From the NCBI GenBank assembly GCA_963824555.1, contig CAWGPW010000043.1:68763-132762 (forward strand): a DNA stretch of 64,000 nucleotides, in the 5' to 3' direction. The notes beneath the pieces are model-generated. The model was given only the letters and a program-made list of their open reading frames with translations, did no database searches and was not told the origin of the DNA. This document shows, piece by piece, positions 47,197-57,548 of this stretch; the stretch's first letter is position 1; every line of letters starts with the position of its first letter. Origin of the DNA: an uncultured delta proteobacterium (GTDB taxonomy: Bacteria > Myxococcota_A > Polyangia > Fen-1088). A program made the position numbers and the translations under genes.

Positions 47197-47748
47197 ATGC
47201 GTACGACGACGACAACAGCTCCCCTGGTAGTGGCATTGACCTTCGCGGCTGCGGGTGCTGCTTCCTGCGCGAAGGTCGAAGCCGACGTTCCCCAGGCCGA
47301 GGTCACGCAAAAGGCGGTCGAGTTCCAAGGGCTTCCGGGCGGCAGTCAGCTCGGCGAGGTGTCGGTTACGCAGTCCTTCACCCTGACCTCGGACGACTTG
47401 TCCTGGGCCAAGGATCTCAATTCCGAGGTCTATGCCTACGAGGTCGACCTCAAGGCGGTGGGTGCGGTTCAGGATCTCAGCTTCATCCATTACGCGCACA
47501 TCACCATGGCGGATGGCTCCGACGCCACCACGACGCCGCCGGTCGAGATCGTCGACTACGAGCGGCCCGCGAACGCGTCGCCGAGCCCGGTCATCGACGC
47601 CAAGGCCCTGTCCCCCATCAACGTGTCCGAGGTGTGGGCGGCCAAGAAGGTCGTCATCACCATGGTGCTCGCTGGCGTGTTCCCCGAGGTCGCATGGTCC
47701 GCCGATGTGACCGTGTACCTGAGCGGCAAGATTTCGTACAAGTTCTAG
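47197..47748 (+). CDS. Lipoprotein (hypothetical)
   Basis: Signal + lipobox AGAASC. No recognisable domain. Confidence 0.5.
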   Translation: MRTTTTTAPLVVALTFAAAGAASCAKVEADVPQAEVTQKAVEFQGLPGGSQLGEVSVTQSFTLTSDDLSWAKDLNSEVYAYEVDLKAVGAVQDLSFIHYAHITMADGSDATTTPPVEIVDYERPANASPSPVIDAKALSPINVSEVWAAKKVVITMVLAGVFPEVAWSADVTVYLSGKISYKF

Positions 47749-47829
47749 CCTGCGGTCAAGCACCAGCTTGCACTGGCGGGTGCAACCGGGCACTCTCCCT
47801 GTGTTCATGAATCTCACGGGAGGACGCGC

Positions 47830-48699
47830 ATGATCGGCATCATTGGCGGCACGGGCCTTGGCGAATCGCTGGGCGCGCTCGGGGCTGGACAAAGCCACAC
47901 CATCGACACGCCCTTCGGCATGCCCTCGGGCCCGGTCGTCACCACGCAGATCGCGGGCACGCCGGTGGCGCTGCTTGCCCGGCACGGCGAAGGCCATCTG
48001 CTCAGTCCCTCGTCGGTTCCCTTTCGCGCCAATATCTACGCCCTCAAATCCCTGGGCGTGACCCACATCCTGGCCAGCGCGGCTTGCGGCAGCTTGCGCG
48101 AAACCATCGCCCCGCGCGATCTCGTGCTGCCCGACCAAGTGATCGACAAGACCTTCTGCCGGCCGGGCTCCTTCTTCGACGGCATCGCCGCGCACGTCGA
48201 GATGGCCATGCCGTTTTGTCCGACGCTGCGCCACGTGCTTTCGGACGTGGGCGCGGGCTTGCCGGTCAAGGTGCACTCGCGCGCCACCTACGTGTGCATG
48301 GAAGGGCCGCAGTTCTCTACCCGCGCCGAAAGCGAAATGCACCGCGCCTGGGGCGGCGATCTCATCGGCATGACCCTCATGCCCGAGGCCAAGTTGGCGC
48401 GCGAGGCGGAGATCTGCTACGCGGCGGTGGCGCTGGCCACGGACTACGACTGCTGGCGCAAGCGGCCCGACGACGAGGACAAGCTGCGTCTGCTGGAAGA
48501 GATCATCGGTAACGTGAAGGCGGCGACGCAGAACGCGCTCGCGCTCATCGCCAAGGCCATCCCGCGTGTTGCGGTGCAGAGCGCGCAGCCCTGCGATTGT
48601 CAGTCGGCGCTCAGGCTGGGCATCTGGAGCGACAAGCGCATGATCCCGGACGAGGTGCGCGACCGTTTGTCGCTCCTCATCGGGAAGTACCTCGGGTAA
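47830..48699 (+). CDS. mtnP: S-methyl-5'-thioadenosine phosphorylase (MTAP)
   Basis: MIGIIGGTGL...HGEGHLLSPSSVPFRANIYALKSLGVTHILASAACGSL are PNP/MTAP family blocks. Confidence 0.85.
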   Translation: MIGIIGGTGLGESLGALGAGQSHTIDTPFGMPSGPVVTTQIAGTPVALLARHGEGHLLSPSSVPFRANIYALKSLGVTHILASAACGSLRETIAPRDLVLPDQVIDKTFCRPGSFFDGIAAHVEMAMPFCPTLRHVLSDVGAGLPVKVHSRATYVCMEGPQFSTRAESEMHRAWGGDLIGMTLMPEAKLAREAEICYAAVALATDYDCWRKRPDDEDKLRLLEEIIGNVKAATQNALALIAKAIPRVAVQSAQPCDCQSALRLGIWSDKRMIPDEVRDRLSLLIGKYLG

Positions 48700-48716
48700 T
48701 CGATGGGGAGCAATCC

Positions 48717-49811
48717 ATGAAAGTCGGCGGCAAGCACTATCGGACCATCAACCCCGTCGACGGCGGGCAGGTCGTCGAGGTCATCGATCAGACCCGGCTA
48801 CCGCACGAATTCGCGTTGGTACGCCTGCACACCCTGGACGATGCCGTGCGCGCCATCGCCGACATGATCGTGCGCGGGGCGCCCCTCATCGGCGCCACCG
48901 GCGCTTACGGCATGGCCCTGGCCCTGCGCGCGGACGCTGCAACCCCGGCCTTGGAGGCCGCACGAACGCGGCTCATCGCCACGCGCCCCACGGCGGTGAA
49001 CCTGCGCTGGGCCGTGAACGAGATCATGGCGGCGGTGGCGCCGCTGCCCGTCGCCGATCGCGCGTCTGCCGCCTTCCAGTCCGCCGCCGAGATCTGCGAC
49101 GAGGACGTGGCCAGCTGCGCGTCCATCGGTGAATACGGCAAGCACATTCTGGCCGAGATCGGCAAGAAGCAGCCGGGAAAGCGCATCAATGTGCTCACCC
49201 ACTGCAACGCCGGCTGGCTGGCGACGGTGGATTACGGAACCGCGCTGGCGCCCATCTACAAGGCGCACGACGCCGGGCTTCCCTTGCACGTGTGGGTCGA
49301 CGAGACCCGGCCGCGCAACCAGGGAGCTTCGCTGACTGCCTGGGAGCTGGGCCAGCACGGCGTTCCCCACACCGTCATCGCGGACAATGCCGGAGGGCAC
49401 CTCATGCAGCACGGCAGGGTCGACCTTTGCATCGTCGGCTCCGATCGCACGACCGCCACCGGCGACGTGTGCAACAAGATTGGCACCTACCTGAAGGCGC
49501 TCGCGGCACACGACTGCGGCGTGCCCTTCTACGTTGCCTTGACAGGTCCGACCATCGACTGGGAGATGACCGATGGCGTGGCCCAAATCGCCATCGAGGA
49601 GCGCGGCGCAGACGAGGTTCGCTGGGTGCGCGGGCGCACCGCGCAGGGTGAGCTTGCGTCCGTGAACGTCCTGCCCGAGGGCAGCGCCGCGGCCAACCCC
49701 GGCTTCGACGTCACGCCTGCGCGCCTGGTCACGGGCATCATCACCGAGCGCGGCGTTTGTCCCGCGACCGCCGAAGGACTGCGGCACCTGTATCCCGAGC
49801 TGGACACCTGA
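48717..49811 (+). CDS. mtnA: S-methyl-5-thioribose-1-phosphate isomerase (eIF-2B alpha/beta/delta-like)
   Basis: VRGAPLIGATGAYGMALAL..., CNAGWLATVDYGTAL, GSDRTTATGDVCNKIGTY. Confidence 0.85.
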   Translation: MKVGGKHYRTINPVDGGQVVEVIDQTRLPHEFALVRLHTLDDAVRAIADMIVRGAPLIGATGAYGMALALRADAATPALEAARTRLIATRPTAVNLRWAVNEIMAAVAPLPVADRASAAFQSAAEICDEDVASCASIGEYGKHILAEIGKKQPGKRINVLTHCNAGWLATVDYGTALAPIYKAHDAGLPLHVWVDETRPRNQGASLTAWELGQHGVPHTVIADNAGGHLMQHGRVDLCIVGSDRTTATGDVCNKIGTYLKALAAHDCGVPFYVALTGPTIDWEMTDGVAQIAIEERGADEVRWVRGRTAQGELASVNVLPEGSAAANPGFDVTPARLVTGIITERGVCPATAEGLRHLYPELDT

Positions 49812-49860
49812 GCTGACCATCGGGCTTGGCTTTCCGGGGCTTGGAAATTAGAGTGCCCGA

Positions 49861-51177
49861 ATGGCCCGAATAGTCCCGTTTCGCGCGCTTCGTTTCGATC
49901 CCTCGCGTCTGCCCGAGACTGCGAAGGTGATCGCGCCGCCCTATGACATCATTTCGGCCGACGAGCGGGCCGTGCTCGAAGCGCAACACGCTCGCAACAT
50001 CGTGCATCTCGATCTGCCGCGCGGCGAGGGCGATGCGAAATACGAGCACGCGCGCGCGTTGCTCGATACCTGGATGGCCGACGGCAGCCTGCGCGAGGAT
50101 CCCCAGCCCGCGCTCTATCGCTACGAGCAAATCTTTTCTTTCGATTCGGGCAGCGGGCCGCGCACGTATACGCGCAAGGGCTTTTTCGCGCTCATCGAGC
50201 TTTCGCCGTTCTCGGCGGGCGTGGTGCTGCCGCATGAGCACACGCTGTCGGGACCCAAGGTCGACCGCTTCAAGCTCATCAAGACCACGGAGGCGCACTT
50301 TTCGCAGATCTTCACCCTCTATCGCGATCCCCAGGGCGTGGCCGAGGCGGCGCTGGAGCGCGCCACGACGGGCGTTCCCGAGGTGGATGCCACCACGCCC
50401 GACGGCTGCCGGCACCGACTGTGGGTGGTGACCGATGCGGCCACCATCGCAGCGGTCGCGCAAGCGCTCGCACCCAAGCAGGTCATGATCGCGGACGGCC
50501 ACCATCGCTACGAAACCATGGTCGCCATCCGCGATGCCCTTCGGCCTGCTGGCGCCGCGCCGGGAAGCTCGCAGGCCGATTTCGGTCCCATGTTTTTCGC
50601 GCGGGCGGAAGATCCCGGGTTGCTGGTGCTGCCGACGCACCGGATGGTGCACGGGCTGCCGGAGAAGGCGCTCGACGATTTGGCGGAACGATGCAAGCCC
50701 TGGTTCGTGGTCGAGCTGGGCAGCGAGCGCGACGCCGCCAGCATCGGCGAGCGCCTGCGCCGGGAAGGGGAGGCCGCGGTGACCTTCGCCGTGCGGCGGC
50801 CGAAGCAAGAGCGTACGACCTGGCTGTGTCTGCGCAGGGACGCCGATCTTGCGCGCTTGGGACCGCCCACGCTCGGCCGGCTCGACGTCAGCGTCCTGCA
50901 CGGCCTCGTCCTCGATCCGATTCTGGGCATCGGCGCCGAGGCCATGGCCAAGCAGCAGAACCTGACCTATAGCCACGATTTGCGCGAAACATTGTCGCGC
51001 GTGGCGAACGGCACGGTGCAAGCCGCCTTTGTGATGAACGCGACCAAGACCGAACAGGTGCTCGACGCCTGCGAGGCCGGTTTCGTGCTGCCGCAGAAGT
51101 CGACCTACTTCCAGCCCAAGTTGGCCACGGGTTTGGTCATGCAGAAGATCCGGGCCGACCAACCGCCGGCCGCGTAG
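49861..51177 (+). CDS. DUF1015 family protein
   Basis: MARIVPFRALRFDP...VIAPPYDIIS N-terminus is characteristic of DUF1015. Confidence 0.7.
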   Translation: MARIVPFRALRFDPSRLPETAKVIAPPYDIISADERAVLEAQHARNIVHLDLPRGEGDAKYEHARALLDTWMADGSLREDPQPALYRYEQIFSFDSGSGPRTYTRKGFFALIELSPFSAGVVLPHEHTLSGPKVDRFKLIKTTEAHFSQIFTLYRDPQGVAEAALERATTGVPEVDATTPDGCRHRLWVVTDAATIAAVAQALAPKQVMIADGHHRYETMVAIRDALRPAGAAPGSSQADFGPMFFARAEDPGLLVLPTHRMVHGLPEKALDDLAERCKPWFVVELGSERDAASIGERLRREGEAAVTFAVRRPKQERTTWLCLRRDADLARLGPPTLGRLDVSVLHGLVLDPILGIGAEAMAKQQNLTYSHDLRETLSRVANGTVQAAFVMNATKTEQVLDACEAGFVLPQKSTYFQPKLATGLVMQKIRADQPPAA

Positions 51178-51192
51178 TCGTCCGGAGACCGC

Positions 51193-51918
51193 GTGCCAGA
51201 CGAAGCCGACATCACGCGCGACACGCTTCTGCGCGGACGGGTGAAGCTGCTGCAGCCGCGGCACGGTTTCCGCAGCAGTCTCGACCCGGTGCTGTTGGCG
51301 GGTTTTATCGTTCCGCCCTTTGGCGAATTTCTGGACCTCGGCTGCGCCAGCGGGGCGCTCTCGTTCTTGATGTTGGCTCGGGATGCGAATGCTCGCGGGG
51401 TCGGCGTGGAAATTCAGCCTCGCCTGGCCGCTCTGGCCGAGCAGGGCTGCGAGGCGAACGGGTTCGGCGATCGCTTCCAGGTCATGACCAGGGATGTGCG
51501 CGCCGAGGGCGCTGTGCCCGCGCGGTCGTTCGATCTGGTGGCCACCAATCCGCCTTTCAGGCCCGTGGGTCAGGGCGTGCTGCCGCCGCTTTCGGAAAAG
51601 GCGCTGGCCAATCACGAGGTGACGCTGGCGCTGTCGGAATGGATCGATGTGGCGGCGGCGGCCCTGCGCACTGCCGGGCGGCTGGCGACGATCTTTCCCT
51701 TCGATCGCTGGGAAGAGCTACGTGGGGGCCTTGCGGAACGAGGTTTCTCCATCGCCCGCTCGCGCGCGGTGGTTTCGCGCACCGGCGACGTGCCGAACCG
51801 CATCCTGATCGAGGCCAGGCACTCGACGGACAAAGGGCAGTCCGAGCCGCCGCTCGTGGTCCACGACGGTCAAGGCTATTCCGCGGAAGTGCGGCACATG
51901 CTCGGCGAGGAAACGTGA
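51193..51918 (+). CDS. SAM-dependent N6-adenine-type methyltransferase (TrmN6/YfiC-like small-domain MTase)
   Basis: FLDLGCASGALS (motif I) and LVATNPPF (NPPF motif IV). Confidence 0.65.
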   Translation: MPDEADITRDTLLRGRVKLLQPRHGFRSSLDPVLLAGFIVPPFGEFLDLGCASGALSFLMLARDANARGVGVEIQPRLAALAEQGCEANGFGDRFQVMTRDVRAEGAVPARSFDLVATNPPFRPVGQGVLPPLSEKALANHEVTLALSEWIDVAAAALRTAGRLATIFPFDRWEELRGGLAERGFSIARSRAVVSRTGDVPNRILIEARHSTDKGQSEPPLVVHDGQGYSAEVRHMLGEET

Positions 51919-52382
51919 AGAGCAGCGTGAAATACGGGTTTGCTTACACCCTGGCCATCTGGTTCGGGTGCGGTCGCTTTCCCATGATGCCGGGCACGGC
52001 GGGCACTATCGGCGCCGTTCCGCTCTACCTCGTGCTGGCGCGCGGCGGGCCACTCGCGGTCGCGGCGGGCGCTGTCCTGGTGACCTTGGTCGGGACCTGG
52101 GCCGCGACGCAAGTGGTGCGCAAGACGGGACTCAAGGATCCGCAGATCGTGTGCATCGACGAAGTCGCGGGGGTTCTCATCACCCTGACGGTCGCGCCCA
52201 ACAATTGGAAGGGCATCCTCGCCAGCGTGGTGCTGTTTCGCATCTTCGATCAGTGGAAGCCGTGGCCAGCGCGCCAGGCGGAAGGCTGGCGCGAGGGCTG
52301 GGGCGTGGTGATGGACGACGTGTTCGCCGGACTGTGGGGCGTGCCCTTCGTGCTGCTCGGGCGCGCACTGCACTGGCTGTAG
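51915..52382 (+). CDS. pgpA: Phosphatidylglycerophosphatase A
   Basis: WFGCGRFPMMPGTAGT...ICIDEVAGVL...FRIFDQWKPWP are PgpA blocks. GTGA overlap with the MTase. Confidence 0.75.
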   Translation: MKSSVKYGFAYTLAIWFGCGRFPMMPGTAGTIGAVPLYLVLARGGPLAVAAGAVLVTLVGTWAATQVVRKTGLKDPQIVCIDEVAGVLITLTVAPNNWKGILASVVLFRIFDQWKPWPARQAEGWREGWGVVMDDVFAGLWGVPFVLLGRALHWL

Positions 52383-52658
52383 GCCGATACGACCAGCCCC
52401 GCGCTGGGTCAGGGTCGTGCGCATCTTCTGCCGGACGCCTTGCCGTTCAGCTGGCACCATCTAGACCGTTACTGTTTCTGCGCCCCGTCCAGATGGCCCG
52501 ACAAGCATACCACGCACCTCGTACTTTTCCCCGAACGCACTGGGCTGGCCCTCCGTGGCGGTCCCGGATCAACCGCGACCAGTCGGACCGTTCGTAGCCA
52601 AGTGACCGAAAGAAGAGGGCCTTTGAGATTTCCCTAAAGCCAGTCAACGCTTTGGCGT

Positions 52659-54812
52659 TCACCCGCGAGCGGGCGCCGCAGGCGCCCGTTCGTCAGGCCG
52701 CTTTCGTGAGGAACAAATTTCCTTGGCCAGCCACACCAGGGCTCCAAGCCACGACAGCATGGTCAGAACCAGGCCGATCCAGAATACCGTGGGCGAGTAG
52801 CGGGTTGAAACGGTGTGTTTGCCGGCTTCGACCGTCAGCGCACGCAATCCACCAACCACCTCGACCATGGGGTTCGCACCGGACCCATCGACGCGAGCTC
52901 TCCAGCCGGGAGAGTACATCTCGTTGAACACGAGAGTCATCCGTTGGGGTAGGTTCACCTCGTAGTCAACTCGATCTGGCAAATAGCGCAGAATGCGAAA
53001 GTCGATCGCAACCGCTTCCTTTTCGAAAGCATCCCCGCTTGCGGGCGGAGACGCCCCCACGAAACCCACCACGCGCATCCCGTTGAGGAGAAAATGCCGA
53101 AATCCCTCGGCCAGCACGGTGTCGAATCGCTTGAGATGGAAGTTGGTGTAGGAGGCGAGATAGAAAGCCTTGTTCAGGAACGCGTCGCTCGAAGAAACAT
53201 CCTCGAGCGATTGGGCATCGACGCGAGGACGCATGGCGCTGGCGGGATCGAAGCCGCGGACATGAATATCCCTGAACTGAAGGCCTCGCCTGACCGATGG
53301 ATCCTCCTTCGGTCGGGCGAAGAGGTCGGCGTCGGTGCCGGCATGCATACCCGAGTCGAGCGCCGCCAACACGATCAAGCAGATTGCGACCCCGGCGGAA
53401 CTGCCTCCTCGCGCAAGGCAAGCCAGCGCAATCGCCAGGACCAGCAACTCGACGAAAACGACTTGGGTGAAGCCCTTGGCCAACGCATCCGCGGTTGCGT
53501 TGGGATAGATCGAATCCTTCAACCAAAAGAGGCCAAGGAAAAGAAGAACCACCAGCCCGCCCAGTACCCGAAATAGACTTCGCCTGGCGCTCGCCTCCTC
53601 CCATACACTCGCCAATCCCGCGCCAGCCAAGAGACTTCCTGCAAGGGCCGCCATGGCACGACTGTCAGCGGCCGGAAAACGGGAGAAATTGAGGAGGGAC
53701 AGGTAATCGTGCGCGGCAACGCGTGCGAAAAAATGACTGCCCAGGCTCATGAGAAGAGCGAGCACGAATCCAACGGCCAGGGCAATCGTGCGCCGGTCGC
53801 GGCGAGAAAGCACCGCCACCAACGCAAGCGCGAATGCAAGGATGCCGAAGTACAGGCCGCGCATGGATATGTCCGCGGTGGTACCCGCGGGAACCAGCGG
53901 CACGTATGCACCGAATATGAGATGCCAGAAGTCGGCCGGGGACAGGCTCTGTAGGAGGGCGGCGTCCGTGACCAGCGGCTCTCCTCGTGTGAATGTGGTC
54001 ATGTTTGTGGCAATGGGAAGCCAATACCCCACGGAAATTCCGAGGGAGAGGCCGATGGAAAGAAGGAGCCCGCCAACGAATCGCTTTCGACTTGCCTTGT
54101 CCGCGCATTCACTAGCGAGCAGCCAGATCGTCCAACAGCCGAACCACAAGGGGCTGAGAATCACCACCCCTGGGTAGCCGCAGACGACCAAGAGCGCCAG
54201 AGCGCTGGCGAGCAATGGCCTTGCCCACTTCTTTCCTTGAGCAAGCAGCAAGATGCCGAAGAGCACCCATGGGATGATGGAGAAGGCACTGATGATATCC
54301 GGATGCTCGGCATTGCACAGACGAGCGCTGGTGAAGTTGAACGCAACGGCGGCGACGAGCGCCGAAGAGCGGCGCGACCAAAGGTTGTACGCAAGAGCGT
54401 AGACGCCCACGGAGCCGAATAGCAAGGTGAACAGAAGCTGTCGCTGTGCCACGAGTAGGTCGTATCCGAAAACCAGCGACACAAACCATGTGATGGGCGA
54501 CCACAGTTGGGACTGGGGCTGCATGAAGAAGGGCGCACCGGCATGCCCGTAGGGGAACCAGGTGGGAAGAGCCCCGGCGCGAAGGGTGTCGCTGATGAAA
54601 ACAAGGAAGCGTGAATAGGAATCGATGAAGTCGTAAGGGACGATTCGTTCGGGAATGCCGTGACTTCCTCGCAAACTGCGCTCCAGCACGGTGACGTGCC
54701 AGCCCAATAGGGCCGCCAGGAAGGGCCAATGCCTGGCCCACGGCAACCGAGCCATGGTCGCACGAAATCCTTTGAAGATGGTGTTCATCGGTATCTCCCC
54801 AGACGGACTCAC
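52659..54812 (-). CDS. Large polytopic membrane protein, YfhO/GT-C-like glycosyltransferase candidate (alternative start 54788)
   Basis: >12 predicted TM helices in the first ~450 aa, then a soluble C-terminal domain. Adjacent to the GT2 gene. Confidence 0.55.
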   Translation of the reverse strand: MSPSGEIPMNTIFKGFRATMARLPWARHWPFLAALLGWHVTVLERSLRGSHGIPERIVPYDFIDSYSRFLVFISDTLRAGALPTWFPYGHAGAPFFMQPQSQLWSPITWFVSLVFGYDLLVAQRQLLFTLLFGSVGVYALAYNLWSRRSSALVAAVAFNFTSARLCNAEHPDIISAFSIIPWVLFGILLLAQGKKWARPLLASALALLVVCGYPGVVILSPLWFGCWTIWLLASECADKASRKRFVGGLLLSIGLSLGISVGYWLPIATNMTTFTRGEPLVTDAALLQSLSPADFWHLIFGAYVPLVPAGTTADISMRGLYFGILAFALALVAVLSRRDRRTIALAVGFVLALLMSLGSHFFARVAAHDYLSLLNFSRFPAADSRAMAALAGSLLAGAGLASVWEEASARRSLFRVLGGLVVLLFLGLFWLKDSIYPNATADALAKGFTQVVFVELLVLAIALACLARGGSSAGVAICLIVLAALDSGMHAGTDADLFARPKEDPSVRRGLQFRDIHVRGFDPASAMRPRVDAQSLEDVSSSDAFLNKAFYLASYTNFHLKRFDTVLAEGFRHFLLNGMRVVGFVGASPPASGDAFEKEAVAIDFRILRYLPDRVDYEVNLPQRMTLVFNEMYSPGWRARVDGSGANPMVEVVGGLRALTVEAGKHTVSTRYSPTVFWIGLVLTMLSWLGALVWLAKEICSSRKRPDERAPAAPARG

Positions 54813-54816
54813 TCAG

Positions 54817-55527
54817 TTACCCGTTCGATCGCTCCGATCGCATGAACGCCCTCAGCTCCTTGAGAACCGCCCAGAATGCCAGCGGCCCCACCGAGGATTT
54901 TCCCCGCGTGCGGTCGATAAGTGGAACCGGGATCTCGGCGTGACTGCGGCCGGATTTCTCCAATCGATAGAGCAACTCCGCGTCCACGAACCATCCCTTC
55001 GAGATCAAGTCGATATTTTGGACGATGTCCCGCTTCAAGACCTTGAATCCCGCATTGATATGCCGGACCTTCAATCCCAGGATGCCGGTGATCAACTTGT
55101 TGTAGACGAACGACTGAAGCTTGCGTCGCAGCCCTCGGTTGTCCTGGGAGCGGTAGCTCGTAACGTAGTCGAAGCTGGCGAGGAGCGGCAACGCGGCGAA
55201 GATCGCATCGAGTGGAAAGAAGAGATCGACCGTAATGAGCCAGAGCAGGTCCTTGGTGGCGTGGCGGTATCCCAATTGGACCGCAGATCCGAAGCCATTC
55301 CGAGCACCTTCATGGATGATCCGCATGTTCGGAAGTATGCTGCGAAGCTCATCGCATTTCTCATAGGTTCCATCGGTGCTGCCGCTCTCCACGACGACAA
55401 TCTCGTGGTCGAAGTCGTGGTGCACGAGGAAATCGCTGATGGCGCGAAGGCCACTTTCCAGTGCCACCCGCTCGTTGTAGACCGGAACGATGACGGAAAG
55501 GGAGAACGGTTGGCGTTCGGGATCCAT
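54817..55527 (-). CDS. GT2 family glycosyltransferase (polyprenyl-phosphate sugar synthase / Dpm1-GtrB-like)
   Basis: SVIVPVYNE...VVVESGSTDGT...DLF (DxD-type) GT2 motifs. Confidence 0.8.
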   Translation of the reverse strand: MDPERQPFSLSVIVPVYNERVALESGLRAISDFLVHHDFDHEIVVVESGSTDGTYEKCDELRSILPNMRIIHEGARNGFGSAVQLGYRHATKDLLWLITVDLFFPLDAIFAALPLLASFDYVTSYRSQDNRGLRRKLQSFVYNKLITGILGLKVRHINAGFKVLKRDIVQNIDLISKGWFVDAELLYRLEKSGRSHAEIPVPLIDRTRGKSSVGPLAFWAVLKELRAFMRSERSNG

Positions 55528-56400
55528 TCAGCGAACCTGGCGGATGAAGTTGAGGAAACGCTCGTGAGGAATGGCGAAGTTACCGGACACTCGCTGATCG
55601 TCGGGTACGTCTCGCGTCACCACGGATCCCAAACTGATCGAAGCTCGATTGCCGATGGTGATGGCGCTCGAGATCGTGGCGTTGGGACCAATCCAGACCT
55701 CGTCACCGACCACGACGCTGCCCGTGATGGAGGCGTGGGCACCCACCAAGCACGCGCGGCCAATTTGGGTGCAGTGACCGACGTAGACCAGGTTGTCGAG
55801 CTTGGTTTGGTCGCCGATCGTCGTGTCGCCGCGAAAGATATGCTTGTCCACGCACCCGTTCGACTTGATCTCGACTTGGCGACCAATCTTGACGCCCCCC
55901 ACGTGGGTTATCTTCACCAGCCGGCCGTCCAGCCGCTCGAACTGGAATCCGTCGTTGCCCAGCACTGTCCCTGGCCAGATGACCGAATCATCTCCCACCA
56001 CCACGTCTCTGCCAATGGAAACACCATCGCCGATCACCACCCGGTCGCCAATGCGCACGTTGCCGTCGGCCAGCGAAGCGGACGGTGAGATGCGGCATCC
56101 TTGACCGATGCCACCGTCCAGGGGACGGCGATAGAAATCGGTCTTTTCCGCCAAGAAGTTGTGAAAGAGGAAGAAATCGACGCGAGGCCTGACTGAGAAG
56201 GCCAAGCCAAGGTCGGCGCGTTGCAGGCTCGAGTGCGTAACGAGCGCCTCGAAGGCCGCCCGGGTGGTCAGAATGGCCGAGACCTCGGCACAGGCCGCGC
56301 AGTCGGCCAGAAAAGCCGCGTTCCCGGCGTAGGTCAAGGTTCGCGGACGCGGGCGTCTCAGGTCGAATCCACAGTTCTCGAAATCGCCGTCGCGCTCCAC
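55528..56400 (-). CDS. LpxD-like left-handed beta-helix N-acyltransferase (sugar N-acyltransferase). GTG start inferred.
   Basis: Hexapeptide repeats IGDRVVIGDGVSIGRDVVVGDDSVI... and GNDGFQFERLDGRLVKITHVGGVKIG resembling the LpxD core. Confidence 0.65.
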   Translation of the reverse strand: MERDGDFENCGFDLRRPRPRTLTYAGNAAFLADCAACAEVSAILTTRAAFEALVTHSSLQRADLGLAFSVRPRVDFFLFHNFLAEKTDFYRRPLDGGIGQGCRISPSASLADGNVRIGDRVVIGDGVSIGRDVVVGDDSVIWPGTVLGNDGFQFERLDGRLVKITHVGGVKIGRQVEIKSNGCVDKHIFRGDTTIGDQTKLDNLVYVGHCTQIGRACLVGAHASITGSVVVGDEVWIGPNATISSAITIGNRASISLGSVVTRDVPDDQRVSGNFAIPHERFLNFIRQVR

Positions 56401-56450
56401 CTGCAAGGTGGGATCGAAAGCCTTGAGAACGGAGAAGCTCCATGACTGGC

Positions 56451-57548
56451 CTACTCGGAATATTGGTTGATGATCTCGAGAATGCGCTCCAGGGTCGATG
56501 GCGGAAGCTCGGGATACATGGGCAGGGCGATCACTTGATCGCAGAGCTTCTCGACGACGGGCAGGGCGCCACGCCCCATCCCCAAGAAGGCGTTGGCCTG
56601 CTGCAGGTGGAGAGGCATGAGGTAGTAGATATTGGTCTGCAACTGATGCCGATCGCAGTGGGCGATGAAACGTGCGCGATGACCAAGGAAGCGACACACG
56701 AAGACGTGTTGGTTGGAGACGACATGGGCCGGAATTCTTTGCGGGACGAACAGCTCAGGCGAGAGCCCCCGTACGTACGTTTCGGCAATTTCGCGCCGGC
56801 GCTGGTTCATTGCCTCCAGGTGAGGCAGCTTGGCTCGCAGCACGGCGGCTTGCAATTCGTCGAGCCTGCTGTTGCGCCCATGGCGGACGATGTGGTGGTA
56901 GTCGGTCATTCCGTACATGCGCAGAAGCACAATCTGTTCCGCGATGTCGGCGCGGTTGCTCGCTACCAAACCGCCGTCGCCATAGCCGCCCAGGTTCTTG
57001 GTAGGGTAGAAGCTGAATGCCGCGCAATCGCCCATCGTCCCGGCCTTGACCCCGTCGATGGAGCTGCCGTGCGCCTGGCAAGCGTCCTCAATGACGGGGA
57101 TCTCGTGCTCGATCAATTGCCGCAGCCGGGGGACGTCCACCACGTTGCCGAAGATATGGACCGGAAGGATGGCCTTGGTGTGCGAAGTGATAGCGGCTCG
57201 CACCTGGTCTAGGTCGAGCAGGAAGGTATCGCCGCACACATCGACGAAAACGGGTTTGGCGCCGCAATCGATGATGGCCGAGACGGTCGGAATGGCCGTG
57301 AAGGGGGTGGTGATGACCTCGTCGCCGGGCCCTACCCCAAGCGCTTTCATGGCCAAGGTCAGCGCATCGGTCCCGCTGGCCAGCCCAATGGCATGGGGGA
57401 CACCTAGGTAGTGGGCGAACTCGGTTTCGAAGGACTTGCCCTCCTCGGCAAGGACGTATCGTCCCGACTGCAAGACGCGTGCAATCGCGGGATCTATCTC
57501 CCGCCGATGGGCCTCGTACTGGGCCTGCAGATCACAGCGCCAGATCAT
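56451..57548 (-). CDS. DegT/DnrJ/EryC1/StrS family sugar aminotransferase
   Basis: AIGLASGTDALTLAMKA..., PLP-Lys region SFYPTKNLGGYGDGG. Confidence 0.85.
   Translation of the reverse strand: MIWRCDLQAQYEAHRREIDPAIARVLQSGRYVLAEEGKSFETEFAHYLGVPHAIGLASGTDALTLAMKALGVGPGDEVITTPFTAIPTVSAIIDCGAKPVFVDVCGDTFLLDLDQVRAAITSHTKAILPVHIFGNVVDVPRLRQLIEHEIPVIEDACQAHGSSIDGVKAGTMGDCAAFSFYPTKNLGGYGDGGLVASNRADIAEQIVLLRMYGMTDYHHIVRHGRNSRLDELQAAVLRAKLPHLEAMNQRRREIAETYVRGLSPELFVPQRIPAHVVSNQHVFVCRFLGHRARFIAHCDRHQLQTNIYYLMPLHLQQANAFLGMGRGALPVVEKLCDQVIALPMYPELPPSTLERILEIINQYSE

Noticed and set aside
52646-52659. Hairpin AACGC-TTTG-GCGTT at the stop of the YfhO-like gene as terminator
   Set aside because: Only a 5-bp stem with no U-tract, and it overlaps the stop codon. 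Too weak to call.
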